From contig OZ024741.1 of the NCBI GenBank assembly GCA_964016885.1, positions 353,214,001-353,278,000 of the forward strand: a stretch of DNA of 64,000 nucleotides, given 5' to 3'. The first letter of the stretch is position 1; each line of letters begins with the position of its first letter. Shown here piece by piece: positions 13,901-27,780 of this stretch. This DNA is from Eledone cirrhosa. Taxonomy: Eukaryota. Made by a program: the position numbers and the translations under genes. A model generated the notes under the pieces. The model saw only the letters and a program-made list of their open reading frames with translations, was not told the DNA's origin and made no database searches.

Positions 13901-16900
13901 AATTAGTAGTAGTCAGTGTAGGTATAGTAGGTAAAGTAGTAGTAGGCAGTGTAGGTATAGTAGGTAAGGTAGTAGTAGTCAGTGTAGGTATAGTAGGTAA
14001 AGTAGTAGTAGGCAGTGTAGGTATAGTAGGTAAAGTAGTAGTAGGCAGTGTAGGTATAGTAGGTAAGGTAGTAGTAGGCAGTGTAGGTATAGTAGGTAAA
14101 GTAGTAGTAGGCAGTGTAGGTATAGTAGGTAAAGTAGTAGTAGGCAGTGTAGGTATAGTATAGTAGGTAAATTAGTAGTAGGCAGTGTAGGTATAGTATA
14201 GTAGCTAAAGTAGTAGTAGGCAGTGTAGGTATAGTAGGTAAAGTAGTAGTAGGCAGTGTAGGTATAGTAGGTAAGGTAGTAGTAGGCAGTGTAGGTATAG
14301 TAGGTAAAGTAGTAGTAGGCAGTGTAGGTATAGTATAGTAGGTAAAGTAGTAGTAGGCAGTGTAGGTATAGTAGGTAAGGTAGTAGTAGGCAGTGTAGGT
14401 ATAATAGGTAAAGTAGTAGTAGGCAGTGTAGGTATAGTATAGTAGGTAAATTAGTAGTAGGCAGTGTAGGTATAGTAGGTAAAGTAGTAGTAGGCAGTGT
14501 AGGTATAGTAGGTAAAGTAGTAGTAGGCAGTGTAGGTATAGTAGGTAAGGTAGTAGTAGGCAGTGTAGGTATAGTAGGTAAAGTAGTAGTAGGCAGTGTA
14601 GGTATAGTAGGTAAAGTAGTAGTAGGCAGTGTAGGTATAGTATAGTAGGTAAATTAGTAGTAGGCAGTGTAGGTATAGTATAGTAGCTAAAGTAGTAGTA
14701 GGCAGTGTAGGTATAGTAGGTAAAGTAGTAGTAGGCAGTGTAGGTATAGTAGGTAAGGTAGTAGTAGGCAGTGTAGGTATAGTAGGTAAGGTAGTAGTAG
14801 GCAGTGTAGGTATAGTATAGTAGGTAAAGTAGTAGTAGGCAGTGTAGGTATAGTAGGTAAGGTAGTAGTAGGCAGTGTAGGTATAATAGGTAAAGTAGTA
14901 GTAGGCAGTGTAGGTATAGTATAGTAGGTAAATTAGTAGTAGGCAGTGTAGGTATAGTAGGTAAAGTAGTAGTAGGCAGTGTAGGTATAGTAGGTAAAGT
15001 AGTAGTAGGCAGTGTAGGTATAGTAGGTAAAGTAGTAGTAGGCAGTGTAGGTATAGTATAGTAGGTAAATTAGTAGTAGGCAGTGTAGGTATAGTAGGTA
15101 AAGTAGTAGTAGGCAGTGTAGGTATAGTAGGTAAGGTAGTAGTAGGCAGTGTAGGTATAGTATAGTAGGTAAAGTAGTAGTAGGCAGTGTAGGTATAGTA
15201 TAGTAGGTAAGGTAGTAGTAGGCAGTGTAGGTATAGTAGGTAAGGTAGTAGTAGGCAGTGTAGGTATAGTAGGTAAAGTAGTAGTAGGCAGTGTAGGTAT
15301 AGTATAGTAGGTAAAGTAGTAGTAGGCAGTGTAGGTATAGTATAGTAGGTAAAGTAGTAGTAGGCAGTGTAGGTATAGTAGGTAAAGTAGTAGTAGGCAG
15401 TGTAGGTATAGTAGGTAAAGTAGTAGTAGGCAGTGTAGGTATAGTAGGTAAGGTAGTAGTAGGCAGTGTAGGTATAGTAGGTAAGGTAGTAGTAGGCAGT
15501 GTAGGTATAGTAGGTAAGGTAGTAGTAGGCAGTGGAGGTATAGTATAGTAGGTAAAGTAGTAGTAGGCAGTGTAGGTATAGTAGGTAAGGTAGTAGTAGG
15601 CAGTGTAGGTATAGTATAGTAGGTAAAGTAGTAGTAGGCAGTGTAGGTATAGTATAGTAGGTAAAGTAGTAGTAGGCAGTGTAGGTATAGTATAGTAGGT
15701 AAAGTAGTAGTAGGCAGTGTAGGTATAGTATAGTAGGTAAAGTAGTAGTAGGCAGTGTAGGTATAGTATAGTAGGTAAAGTAGTAGTAGGCAGTGTAGGT
15801 ATAGTAGGTAAGGTAGTAGTAGGCAGTGTATGTATAGTATAGTAGGTAAAGTAGTAGTAGGCAGTGTAGGTATAGTATAGTAGGTAAAGTAGTAGTAGGC
15901 AGTGTAGGTATAGTATAGTAGGTAAAGTAGTAGTAGGCAGTGTAGGTATAGTATAGTAGGTAAAGTAGTAGTAGGCAGTGTAGGTATAGTATAGTAGGTA
16001 AAGTAGTAGTAGTCAGTGTAGGTATAGTATAGTAGGTAAAGTAGTAGTAGGCAGTGTAGGTATAGTAGGTAAAGTAGTAGTAGGCGGTGTAGGTATAGTA
16101 GGTAAAGTAGTAGTAGGCAGTGTAGGTATAGTATAGTAGGTAAAGTAGTGAGTAGGCAGTGGAGGTATAGTATAGTAGGTAAAGTAGTAGTAGGCAGTGT
16201 AGGTATAGTAGGTAAGGTAGTAGTAGGCAGTGTAGGTATAGTAGGTAAGGTAGTAGTAGGCAGTGTAGGTATAGTATAGTAGGTAAAGTAGTGGTAGGCA
16301 GTGGAGGTATAGTATAGTAGGTAAAGTAGTAGTAGGCAGTGTAGGTATAGTAGGTAAGGTAGTAGTAGGCAGTGTAGGTATAGTAGGTAAGGTAGTAGTA
16401 GGCAGTGTAGGTATAGTATAGTAGGTAAAGTAGTAGTAGGCAGTGTAGGTATAGTATAGTAGGTAAAGTAGTAGTAGGCAGTGTAGGTATAGTAGGTAAG
16501 GTAGTAGTAGGCAGTGTAGGTATAGTAGGTAAAGTAGTAGTAGGCAGTGTAGGTATAGTAGGTAAGGTAGTAGTAGGCAGTGTAGGTATAGTAGGTAAAG
16601 TAGTAGTAGGCAGTGTAGGTATAGTAGGTAAAGTAGTAGTAGGCAGTGTAGGTATAGTAGGTAAAGTAGTAGTAGGCAGTGTAGGTATAGTAGGTAAAGT
16701 AGTAGTAGGCAGTGTAGGTATAGTAGGTAAGGTAGTAGTAGGCAGTGTAGGTATAGTAGGTAAAGTAGTAGTAGGCAGTGTAGGTATAGTAGGTAAAGTA
16801 GTAGTAGGCAGTGTAGGTATAGTAGGTAAAGTAGTAGTAGGCAGTGTAGGTATAGTAGGTAAAGTAGTAGTAGGCAGTGTAGGTATAGTATAGTAGGTAA

Positions 16901-19900
16901 AGTAGTAGTAGGCAGTGTAGGTATAGTAGGTAAGGTAGTAGTAGGCAGTGTAGGTATAGTATAGTAGGTAAAGTAGTAGTAGGCAGTGTAGGTATAGTAG
17001 GTAAGGTAGTAGTAGGCAGTGTAGGTATAGTATAGTAGGTAAAGTAGTAGTAGGCAGTGTAGGTATAGTAGGTAAGGTAGTAGTAGGCAGTGTAGGTATA
17101 GTATAGTAGGTAAAGTAGTAGTAGGCAGTGTAGGTATAGTAGGTAAAGTAGTAGTAGGCAGTGTAGGTATAGTATAGTAGGTAAAGTAGTAGTAGGCAGT
17201 GTAGGTATAGTAGGTAAAGTAGTAGTAGGCAGTGTAGGTATAGTAGGTAAGGTAGTAGTAGGCAGTGTAGGTATAGTAGGTAAAGTAGTAGTAGGCAGTG
17301 TAGGTATAGTAGGTAAAGTAGTAGTAGGCAGTGTAGGTATAGTAGGTAAAGTAGTAGTAGGCAGTGTAGGTATAGTAGGTAAAGTAGTAGTAGGCAGTGT
17401 AGGTATAGTAGGTAAAGTAGTAGTAGGCAGTGTAGGTATAGTATAGTAGGTAAAGTAGTAGTAGGCAGTGTAGGTATAGTAGGTAAGGTAGTAGTAGGCA
17501 GTGTAGGTATAGTATAGTAGGTAAAGTAGTAGTAGGCAGTGTAGGTATAGTAGGTAAAGTAGTAGTAGGCAGTGTAGGTATAGTAGGTAAAGTAGTAGTA
17601 GGCAGTGTAGGTATAGTAGGTAAAGTAGTAGTAGGCGGTGTAGGTATAGTAGGTAAGGTAGTAGTAGGCAGTGTAGGTATAGTAGGTAAAGTAGTATTAG
17701 GCAGTGTAGGTATAGTAGGTAAAGTAGTAGTAGGCAGTGTAGGTATAGTATAGTAGGTAAAGTAGTAGTAGGCAGTGTAGGTATAGTAGGTAAAGTAGTA
17801 TTAGGCAGTGTAGGTATAGTAGGTAAGGTAGTAGTAGGCAGTGTAGGTATAGTAGGTAAGGTAGTAGTAGGCGGTGTAGGTATAGTAGGTAAAGTAGTAG
17901 TAGGCGGTGTAGGTATAGTAGGTAAAGTAGTATTAGGCAGTGTAGGTATAGTAGGTAAGGTAGTAGTAGGCAGTGTAGGTATAGTAGGTAAGGTAGTATT
18001 AGGCAGTGTAGGTATAGTAGGTAAAGTAGTATTAGGCAGTGTAGGTATAGTATAGTAGGTAAAGTAGTAGTAGGCAGTGTAGGTATAGTAGGTAAGGTAG
18101 TAGTAGGCAGTGTAGGTATAGTAGGTAAAGTAGTAGTAGGCAGTGTAGGTATAGTATAGTAGGTAAAGTAGTAGTAGGCAGTGTAGGTATAGTAGGTAAA
18201 GTAGTAGTAGGCAGTGTAGGTATAGTAGGTAAGGTAGTAGTAGGCAGTGTAGGTATAGTAGGTAAGGTAGTAGTAGGCAGTGTAGGTATAGTAGGTAAAG
18301 TAGTAGTAGGCGGTGTAGGTATAGTAGGTAAGGTAGTAGTAGGCAGTGTAGGTATAGTAGGTAAGGTAGTAGTAGGCAGTGTAGGTATAGTAGGTAAAGT
18401 AGTAGTAGGCAGTGTAGGTATAGTAGGTAAGGTAGTATTAGGCAGTGTAGGTATAGTAGGTAAAGTAGTAGTAGGCAGTGTAGGTATAGTAGGTAAGGTA
18501 GTAGTAGGCAGTGTAGGTATAGTAGGTAAGGTAGTAGTAGGCAGTGTAGGTATAGTAGGTAAAGTAGTAGTAGGCAGTGTAGGTATAGTAGGTAAGGTAG
18601 TATTAGGCAGTGTAGGTATAGTAGGTAAAGTAGTAGTAGGCAGTGTAGGTATAGTAGGTAAGGTAGTAGTAGGCAGTGTAGGTATAGTAGGTAAGGTAGT
18701 AGTAGGCAGTGTAGGTATAGTAGGTAAAGTAGTAGTAGGCGGTGTAGGTATAGTAGGTAAGGTAGTAGTAGGCAGTGTAGGTATAGTAGGTAAAGTAGTA
18801 GTAGGCAGTGTAGGTATAGTATAGTAGGTAAAGTAGTAGTAGGCAGTGTAGGTATAGTATAGTAGGTAAAGTAGTAGTAGGCAGTGTAGGTATAGTAGGT
18901 AAGGTAGTAGTAGGCAGTGTAGGTATAGTAGGTAAAGTAGTAGTAGGCAGTGTAGGTATAGTAGGTAAGGTAGTAGTAGGCAGTGTAGGTATAGTATAGT
19001 AGGTAATGTAGTAGTAGGCAGTGTAGGTATAGTAGGTAATGTAGTAGTAGGCAGTGTAGGTATAGTATAGTAGGTAAAGTAGTAGTAGGAAGTGTAGGTA
19101 TAGTAGGTAAAGTAGTAGTAGGCGGTGTAGGTATAGTAGGTAAAGTAGTAGTAGGCAGTGTAGGTATAGTAGGTAAGGTAGTAGTAGGCAGTGTAGGTAT
19201 AGTAGGTAAAGTAGTAGTAGGCGGTGTAGGTATAGTAGGTAAAGTAGTAGTAGGCGGTGTAGGTATAGTAGGTAAAGTAGTAGTAGGCAGTGTAGGTATA
19301 GTATAGTAGGTAAAGTAGTAGTAGGCAGTGTAGGTATAGTATAGTAGGTAAAGTAGTAGTAGGCAGTGTAGGTATAGTATAGTAGGTAAAGTAGTAGTAG
19401 GCAGTGTAGGTATAATAGGTAAGGTAGTAGTAGGCAGTGTAGGTATAGTAGGTAAAGTAGTAGTAGGCAGTGTAGGTATAGTAGGTAAAGTAGTAGTAGG
19501 CGGTGTAAGTATAGTATAGTAGGTAAAGTAGTAGTAGGCAGTGTAGGTATAGTAGGTAAGGTAGTAGTAGGCAGTGTAGGTATAGTATAGTAGGTAAAGT
19601 AGTAGTAGGCAGTGTAGGTATAGTATAGTAGGTAAAGTAGTAGTAGGCAGTGTAGGTATAGTATAGTAGGTAAAGTAGTAGTAGGCAGTGTAGGTATAGT
19701 AGGTAAAGTAGTAGTAGGCAGTGTAGGTATAGTATAGTAGGTAAAGTAGTAGTAGGCAGTGTAGGTATAGTATAGTAGGTAAAGTAGTAGTAGGCAGTGT
19801 AGGTATAGTATAGTAGGTAAAGTAGTAGTAGGCAGTGTAGGTATAGTATAGTAGGTAAAGTAGTAGTAGGCAGTGTAGGTATAGTAGGTAAAGTAGTAGT

Positions 19901-20020
19901 AGGCAGTGTAGGTATAGTAGGTAAGGTAGTAGTAGGCAGTGTAGGTATAGTAGGTAAAGTAGTAGTAGGCAGTGTAGGTATAGTAGGTAAAGTAGTAGTA
20001 GGCAGTGTAGGTATAGTAGG
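10909..20020 (+). repeat. ~9.1 kb satellite, 33-bp unit GTAGTAGTAGGCAGTGTAGGTATAGTAGGTAA(A/G) with a 38-bp variant (extra TATAG)
   Basis: Directly visible, highly homogeneous tandem array. Confidence 0.98.
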
Positions 20021-20034
20021 TTGATGATGAATAT

Positions 20035-23000
20035 AGTTGTGGTTGTTGTGGTAGTGGTGATAGTAGAGTTCTTGTTGTTGTGGTAGTGGTGATAGTAGAG
20101 TTCTTGTTGTTGTGGTAGTGGTGGTAGTCGTGGTTGTTGTGGTAGTGGTGATAGTAGAATTCTTGTTGTTGTGGTAGTGGTGGTAGTTGTGGTTGTTGTG
20201 GTAGTGGTGGTAGTAGAGTTCTTGTTGTTGTGATAGTGGTGATAGTAGAATTCTTGTTGTTGTGGTAGTGGTGGTAGTTCTGGTAGTGGTGATAGTAGAG
20301 TTCTAGTTGTTGTGGTAGTGGTGGTAGTTCTGGTTGTTGTGGTAGTGGTGTTAGTAGAATTCTTGTTGTTGTGGTAGTGGTGGTAGTTGTGGTTGTTGTG
20401 GTAGTGGTGGTAGTAGAGTTCTTGTTGTTGTGATAGTGGTGATAGTAGAATTCTTGTTGTTGTGGTAGTGGTGGTAGTTCTGGTAGTGGTGATAGTAGAG
20501 TTCTAGTTGTTGTGGTAGTGGTGGTAGTTGTGGTTGTTGTGGTAGTCGTGATAGTAGAATTCTTGTTGTTGTGGTAGTGGTGGTAGTTCTGGTAGTGGTG
20601 ATAGTAGAGTTCTTGTTGCTTTGGAAGTGGTGGTAGTCGTGGTTGTTGTGGTAGTGGTGATAGTAGAACTCTTGTTGTTGTGGTAGTGGTGGTAGTAGAG
20701 TTCTTGCTGTTGTGGTAGTGGTGGTAGTTGTGGTTGTTGTGGTAGTGGTGATAGTAGAGTTCTTGCTGTTGTGGTAGTGGTGGTAGTTGTGTTTGTTGTG
20801 GTATTGGTGGTAGTAGAGTTCTTGTTGTTGTGGTAGTGGTGGTAGTTGTGGTAGTTGTGGTAGTGTTGGTAGTTGTGGTTGTTGTGGTAGTGGTGATAGT
20901 AGAGTTCTTGGTGTTGTGGTAGTGGTGGTATTAGAGTTCTTATTGTTGTGGTAGTTGTGGTAGTTGTGGTAGTAGAGTTCTTGTTTTTGTGGTAGTGGTG
21001 GTAGTTGTGGTTGTTGTGGTAGTGGTGGTAGTTGTGGTCGTAGAGTTCTAGTTGTTGTGGTAGTGGTGGTAGTTGTGGTTGTTGTGGTAGTGGTGGTAGT
21101 AGAGTTCTTGTTGTTGTGGTAGTGGTGGTAGTTGTGGTTGTTGTGGTAGTGGTGGTAGTAGATTTCTAGTTGTTGTGGTAGTGGTGGTAGTTGTGGTTGT
21201 TGTGGTAGTGGTGCTAGTTGTGGTTGTTGTGGTAGTGGTGATAGTAGAGTTCTTGTTGTTGTGGTGGTGGTGGTAGTTGTGGTTGTTGTGGTATTGGTGA
21301 TAGTAGAGTTCTTGTTATTGTGGTAGTGGTAGTATTAGAGTTCTTATTGTTGTGGTAGTTGTGGTAGTTGTGGTTGTTGTGGTAGTGGTGATAGTAGAGT
21401 TCTAGTTGTTGTGGTAGTGGTGGTAGTTGTGGTTGTTGTGGTAGTGGTGATAGTAGAGTTCTTGTTGTTGTGGTAGTGGTGGTATTAGAGTTCTTATTGT
21501 TGTGGTAGTTGTGGTAGTTGTGGTAGTAGAGTTCTTGTTTTTGTGGTAGTGGTGGTAGTTGTGGATGTTGTGGTAGTGGTGGTAGTTGTGGTCGTAGAGT
21601 TCTAGTTGTTGTGGTAGTGGTGGTAGTTGTGGTTGTTGTGGTAGTGGTGGTAGTAGAGTTCTTGTTGTTGTGGTAGTGGTGGTAGTTGTGGTTGTTGTGG
21701 TAGTGGTGGTAGTAGAGTTCTAGTTGTTGTGGTAGTGGTGGTAGTTGTGGTTGTTGTGGTAGTGGTGCTAGTTGTGGTTGTTGTGGTAGTGGTGATAGTA
21801 GAATTCTTGTTGTTGTGGTAGTGGTGGTAGTTGTGGTTGTTGTGGTAGTGGTGGTAGTAGAGTTCTTGTTGTTGTGGTAGTGGTGGTAGTTGTGGTTGTT
21901 GTGGTAGTGGTGATAGTAGAGTTCTTGTTTTTGTGGTAGTGGTGGTAGTTGTGGTTGTTGTGGTAGTGGTGGTAGTTGTGGTCGTAGAGTTCTAGTTGTT
22001 GTGGTAGTGGTGGTAGTTGTGGTTGTTGTGGTAGTGGTGGTAGTAGAGTTCTTGTTGTTGTGGTAGTGGTGGTAGTTGTGGTTGTTGTGGTAGTGGTGGT
22101 AGTAGAGTTCTAGTTGTTGTGGTAGTGGTGGTAGTTGTGGTAGTTGTGGTTGTTGTGGTAGTGGTGCTAGTTGTGGTTGTTGTGGTAGTGGTGATAGTAG
22201 AGTTCTTGTTGTTGTGGTGGTGGTGGTAGTTGTGGTTGTTGTGGTATTGGTGATAGTAGAGTTCTTGTTATTGTGGTAGTGGTAGTATTAGAGTTCTTAT
22301 TGTTGTGGTAGTTGTGGTAGTTGTGGTTGTTGTGGTAGTGGTGATAGTAGAGTTCTAGTTGTTGTGGTAGTGGTGGTAGTTGTGGTTGTTGTGGTAGTGG
22401 TGATAGTAGAATTCTTGTTGTTGTGGTAGTGGTGGTAGTTGTGGTTGTTGTGGTTGTGGTGGTAGTAGAGTTCTTGTTTTTGTGGTAGTGGTGGTAGTTG
22501 TGGTTGTGTGGTAGTGGTGGTAGTTGTGGTAGTAGAGTTCTAGTTGTTGTGGTAGTGGTGGTAGTTGTGGTTGTTGTGGTAGTGGTGGTAGTTGTGGTTG
22601 TTGTGGTATTGGTGATAGTAGAGTTCTTGTGGTCGTGGTAGTGGTGGTAGTAGAGTTCTTGTTTTTGTGGTAGTGGTGGTAGTTGTGGTTGTTGTGGTAG
22701 TGGTGGTAGTAGAATTCTTGTTGTTGTGGTAGTGGTGGTAGTTGTGGTTGTTGTGTTAGAGGTGATAGTAGAATTCTTGTTGTTGTGGTAGTGGTGGTAG
22801 TTGTGGTTGTTGTGGTATTGGTGATAGTAGAGTTCTTGTTGTTGTGGTAGTGGTGGTAGTTGTGGTTGTTGTGGTAGTGGTGATAGTAGAGTTCTTGTTG
22901 TTGTGGTAGTGGTGGTAGTTGTGGTTGTTGTGGTAGTGGTGATAGTAGAGTTCTTGTTGTTGTGGTAGTGGTGGTAGTTGTGGTTGTTGTGGTAGTGGTG

Positions 23001-24405
23001 ATAGTAGAATTCTTGTTGTTGTGGTAGTGGTGGTAGTTGTGGTAGCTGTGGTAGTGGTGGTAGTAGAGTTCTAGTTGTTGTGGTAGTGGTGGTAGTTGTG
23101 GTTGTTGTGGTAGTGTTGATAGTAGAGTTGTTGTTGTTGTGGTAGTGGTGGTAGTTGTGGTTGTTGTGGTAGTGGTGGTAGTAGAGTTCTTGTTGTTGTG
23201 GTAGTGGTGGGAGTTGTGGTAGTTGTGGTAGTAGAGTTCTAGTTGTTGTGGTAGTGGTGGTAGTTGTGGTTGTTGTGGTAGTGGTGGTAGTAGGGTTCTT
23301 GTTGTTGTGGTAGTTGTTGTAGTTGTGGTTGTTGTGGTAGTGGTGGTAGTAGAGTTCTAGTTGTTGTGGTAGTGGTGGTAGTTGTGGTTGTTGTGGTAGT
23401 GGTGGTAGTAGAGTTCTAGTTGTTGTGGTAGTGGTGGTAGTTGTGGTTGTTGTGGTAGTGGTGATAGTAGAGTTCTTGTTGTTGTGGTAGTGGTGGTAGT
23501 TGTGGTTGTTGTGGTATTGGTGATAGTAGAGTTCTTGTTGTTTTGGTAGTGGTGGTAAATGTGGTTGTTGTGGTAGTGGTGATAGTAGAGTTCTTGTTGT
23601 TGTGGTAGTGGTGGTAGTTGTGGTTGTTGTGGTAGTGGTGATAGTAGAGTTCTTGTTGTTGTGGTAGTGGTGGTAGTTGTGGTTGTTGTGGTAGTGGTGA
23701 TAGTAGAATTGTTGTTGTTGTGGTAGTGGTGGTAGTTGTGGTAGTTGTGGTAGTGGTGGTAGTAGAGTTCTAGTTGTTGTGGTAGTGGTGGTAGTTGTGG
23801 TTGTTGTGGTAGTGTTGATAGTACAGTTGTTGTTGTTGTGGTAGTGGTGGTAGTTGTGGTTGTTGTGGTAGTGGTGGTAGTCGTGGTAGTTGTGGTAGTG
23901 TTGATAGTACAGTTGTTGTTGTTGTGGTAGTGATGTTAGTTGTGGTTGTTGTGGTAGTGGTGGTAGTGGTGGTAGTTGTGGTAGTGGTGGTAGTAGAGTT
24001 CTAGTTGTTGTGGTAGTGGTGGTAGTAGAGTTCTAGTTGTTGTGGTAGTGGTGGTAGTTGTGGTAGTGGTGGTAGTAGAGTTCTAGTTGTTGTGGTAGTT
24101 GTGGTAGTTGTGGTAGTGGTGGTAGTAGAGTTCTAGTTGTTGCGGTAGTGGTGGTAGTTGCGGTAGTGGTGGTAGTAGAGTTCTAGTTGTTGTGGTAGTG
24201 GTGGTAGTAGAGTTCTAGTTGTTGTGGTAGTGGTGGTAGTAGAGTTCTAGTTGTTGTGGTAGTTGTGGTTGTTGTGGTAGTGGTGGTAGTAGAGTTCTAG
24301 TTGTTGCGGTAGTGGTGGTAGTTGCGGTAGTGGTGGTAGTAGAGTTCTAGTTGTTGCGGTAGTGGTGGTAGTTGCGGTAGTGGTGGTAGTAGAGTTCTAG
24401 TTGTT
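20035..24405 (+). repeat. ~4.4 kb GT-rich satellite of 9-nt subunits punctuated by TTCTT/TTCTA; common units 59 and 32 bp
   Basis: GTTCTT recurs at 22832 and 22891 (59 bp). Subunits are GTTGTTGTG, GTAGTGGTG and ATAGTAGAG. Confidence 0.95.
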
Positions 24406-24849
24406 GATGAGAATGACATTGAAGATAAACGATGAGGACATTGTTAATAATAGAGATATTGAGGGTGATGATGGTTATGATGATGATGATGGTGATGATT
24501 AGAACGACGTCAAGGATGACGATGGGGTTGATGACGACGACAATGATGATGGTGATGGTCATGACGACGACGACGACTACGAGGTGGAAGGTGGTGGTGG
24601 TGGTGTCCATGGTGATACTAAGGATGATAGCGACGTTGATGACAACAACGGCCACAGTCGATGATGATGATGTCTTATATAAACGAAAAGCAAAATTAGT
24701 AACAAAAGATATGTGTGTATATATGTGTGTGTATGTGTGTGTGTATGTGTGTGTGTATATATTTGTGTATATATGTGTGTGTATATGTGTGTGTGTATGT
24801 GTATGTATATGTGTGTGTGTATGTATTTGTGTATATATGTGTTTTTGTA

Positions 24850-26640
24850 TCATAATGTGTGTTTGTATGTGTGTGTATGTATTGATGTATATATGTGTTC
24901 CTGTATGATAAAGTGTGTGTATATGTGTGTGTGTATGTATTGATGTATATATGTGTTCCTGTATGATAAAGTGTGTGTATATGTGTGTGTGTATGTATTA
25001 ATGTATATATGTGTTCCTGTATGATAAAGTGTGTGTATATGTGTGTGTATGTATTGATGTATATATGTGTTCCTGTATGATAAAGTGTGTGTATATGTGT
25101 GTGTGTATGTATTGATGTATATATGTGTTCCTGTATGATAAAGTGTGTGTATACGTGTGTGTGTGTGTGTGTGTATTGATGTATATATATGTGTTCCTGT
25201 ATGATAAAGTGTGTGTATATGTGTGTGTGTATGTATTGATGTATATATATGTGTTCCTGTATGATAAAGTGTGTGTATATATATGTGTGTATGTATTGAT
25301 GTATATATGTGTTCCTGTATGATAAAGTGTGTGTGTATGTGTGTGTGTGTATGTATTGATGTATATATGTGTTCCTGTATGATAAAGTGTGTGTATATGT
25401 GTGTGTGTATGTATTGATGTATATATGTGTTCCTGTATGATAAAGTGTGTGTATATGTGTGTGTGTATGTATTGATGTATATATGTGTTCCTGTATGATA
25501 AAGTGTGTGTATATGTGTGTGTGTATGTATTGATGTATATATGTGTTCCTGTATGATAAAGTGTGTGTATATGTGTGTGTGTATGTATTGATGTATATAT
25601 GTGTTCCTGTATGATAAAGTGTGTGTATATGTGTGTGTGTATGTATTGATGTATATATGTGTTCCTGTATGATAAAGTGTGTGTATATGTGTGTGTGTAT
25701 GTATTGATGTATATATGTGTTCCTGTATGATAAAGTGTGTGTATATGTGTGTGTGTATGTATTGATGTATATATGTGTTCCTGTCTGATAAAGTGTGTGT
25801 ATATGTGTGTGTATGTATTGATGTATATATGTGTTCTTGTATGATAAAGTGTGTGTATATGTGTGTGTGTATGTATTGATGTATATATGTGTTCCTGTAT
25901 GATAAAGTATGTGTGTATGTGTGTGTGTATGTATTGATGTATATATGTGTTCTTGTATGATAAAGTGTGTGTATATGTGTGTGTGTATGTATTGATGTAT
26001 ATATGTGTTCCTGTATGATAAAGTGTGTGTATATGTGTGTGTGTATGTATTGATGTATATATGTGTTCCTGTATGATAAAGTGTGTGTATATGTGTGTGT
26101 GTATGTATTGATGTATATATGTGTTCCTGTATGATAAAGTCTGTGTATATGTGTGTGTGTATGTATTGATGTATATATGTGTTCCTGTCTCATAAAGTGT
26201 GTGTATATGTGTGTGTATGTATTGATGTATATATGTGTTCCTGTATGATAAAGTGTGTGTATATGTGTGTGTGTATGTATTGATGTATATATGTGTTCCT
26301 GTATGATAAAGTATGTGTGTATGTGTGTGTGTATGTATTGATGTATATATGTGTTCCTGTATGATAAAGTCTGTATATATGTGTGTGTGTGTATATGTGT
26401 GTGTATATGTGTGTGTATGTATTGATGTATATATGTGTTCCTGTATGTAAAGTGTGTGTATATGTGTGTATATGAATTTGTGTATATATGTGTTCTTGTA
26501 TGATAAAGTGTGTGTGTATGTATTGATGTATATATGTGTTCCTGTATGATAAAGTCTTTGTATATGTGCGTGTATATGTGTGTGTGTATGTATTGATGTA
26601 TATATGTGTTCTTGTATGATAAAGTGTGTGTGTATGTTTG
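24850..26640 (+). repeat. ~58-bp microsatellite-derived minisatellite
   Basis: Unit (GT)nATATGTGT...ATGTATTGATGTATATATGTGTTCCTGTATGATAAA; GATAAA recurs at 25381 and 25439. Confidence 0.95.
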
Positions 26641-27094
26641 TGTGCATATAATGGTTTTACATAAAAGTCCATTAATTTCTCCATTGTAAATGTATTCGCT
26701 AATGATCTCCTTTATAATTTACTGCATTACTAAACTGAATAATTTATTCATAATATTTAGATGTAACATCAGCAATATAAAGATTTTCGAATGATACAGA
26801 TAGTTGTAGTGCTACTGCTGCTGATGATGATGTTGCTGGTGCTGCAGGGTGGCCGTAGTTGTGATGATAGTTTAAATATCTATTTAGTAATACTGAGCAA
26901 GTGTCGTTCTGTTATTCTAAGATGACCTAAGTAAAGTAAAGGGCTCTTAACTCTTGATGAAATTGTAGGGTCACCGTTGTGACTCACGGCATATCATGGC
27001 CATTTCACATCTGGCGGAGCTTATCCCTCTCCAGGTCGTAATATAGCCGATTTCTTCCAGTGAGAGAAAGAGAGAAAATGATAAAGAGGCAACA

Positions 27095-27250
27095 CCAAGC
27101 CCATTATTGGAGTGGTATTTTATTTATCGACCTCGAAAGAATGAAAGACAAAGTAGATCTCGGAGGAATTTGAGCTCAGAGCGCAATGAGTCAGAAAAAT
27201 ATACCGAAGCATTTTTATATTAATACTCTAGCGACTATGCAAATTCGCCT
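27095..27250 (-). mobile_element. Diverged SINE family A copy
   Basis: Contains TTTATCGACCTCGAAAGAATGAAAG...GGAATTTGAGCTCAGA, matching the family A core. Confidence 0.6.
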
Positions 27251-27504
27251 CCATGCAAACACCCTTTAAAAACATGTACACTCATTGAAATGACACTTAT
27301 TGAAAATGACAAGTTTCAATTCACATCTGAAAGAAATTTCCTTCACCTGAAATGAATATTACTAAAGCAATCGACATTGAGTCTTCTCCTGGAAAGCTTA
27401 ATCTTCCCAAACTACCCAATGAAAAGAACAGAAACAAATCGAAGAAGCACAGACACAGCAAAATAGAATTTTGTGGGCAGAAACTGTAGAACCTAGCGTG
27501 TATG

Positions 27505-27780
<276 letters not shown>

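Noticed and set aside
10909-20020. Satellite as a mucin-like exon (minus strand reads LPTIPTLPTTT repeats) or as a CRISPR array
   Set aside because: Frequent 5-bp insertions shift the frame, so there is no coding constraint. There are no unique spacers and the context is eukaryotic.
20035-24405. His/Tyr/Thr-rich repeat protein on the minus strand
   Set aside because: Unit lengths of 59 and 32 bp are not multiples of three, and stops occur.
24850-26684. 447-549 aa minus-strand ORFs
   Set aside because: A 58-bp minisatellite read in several frames.
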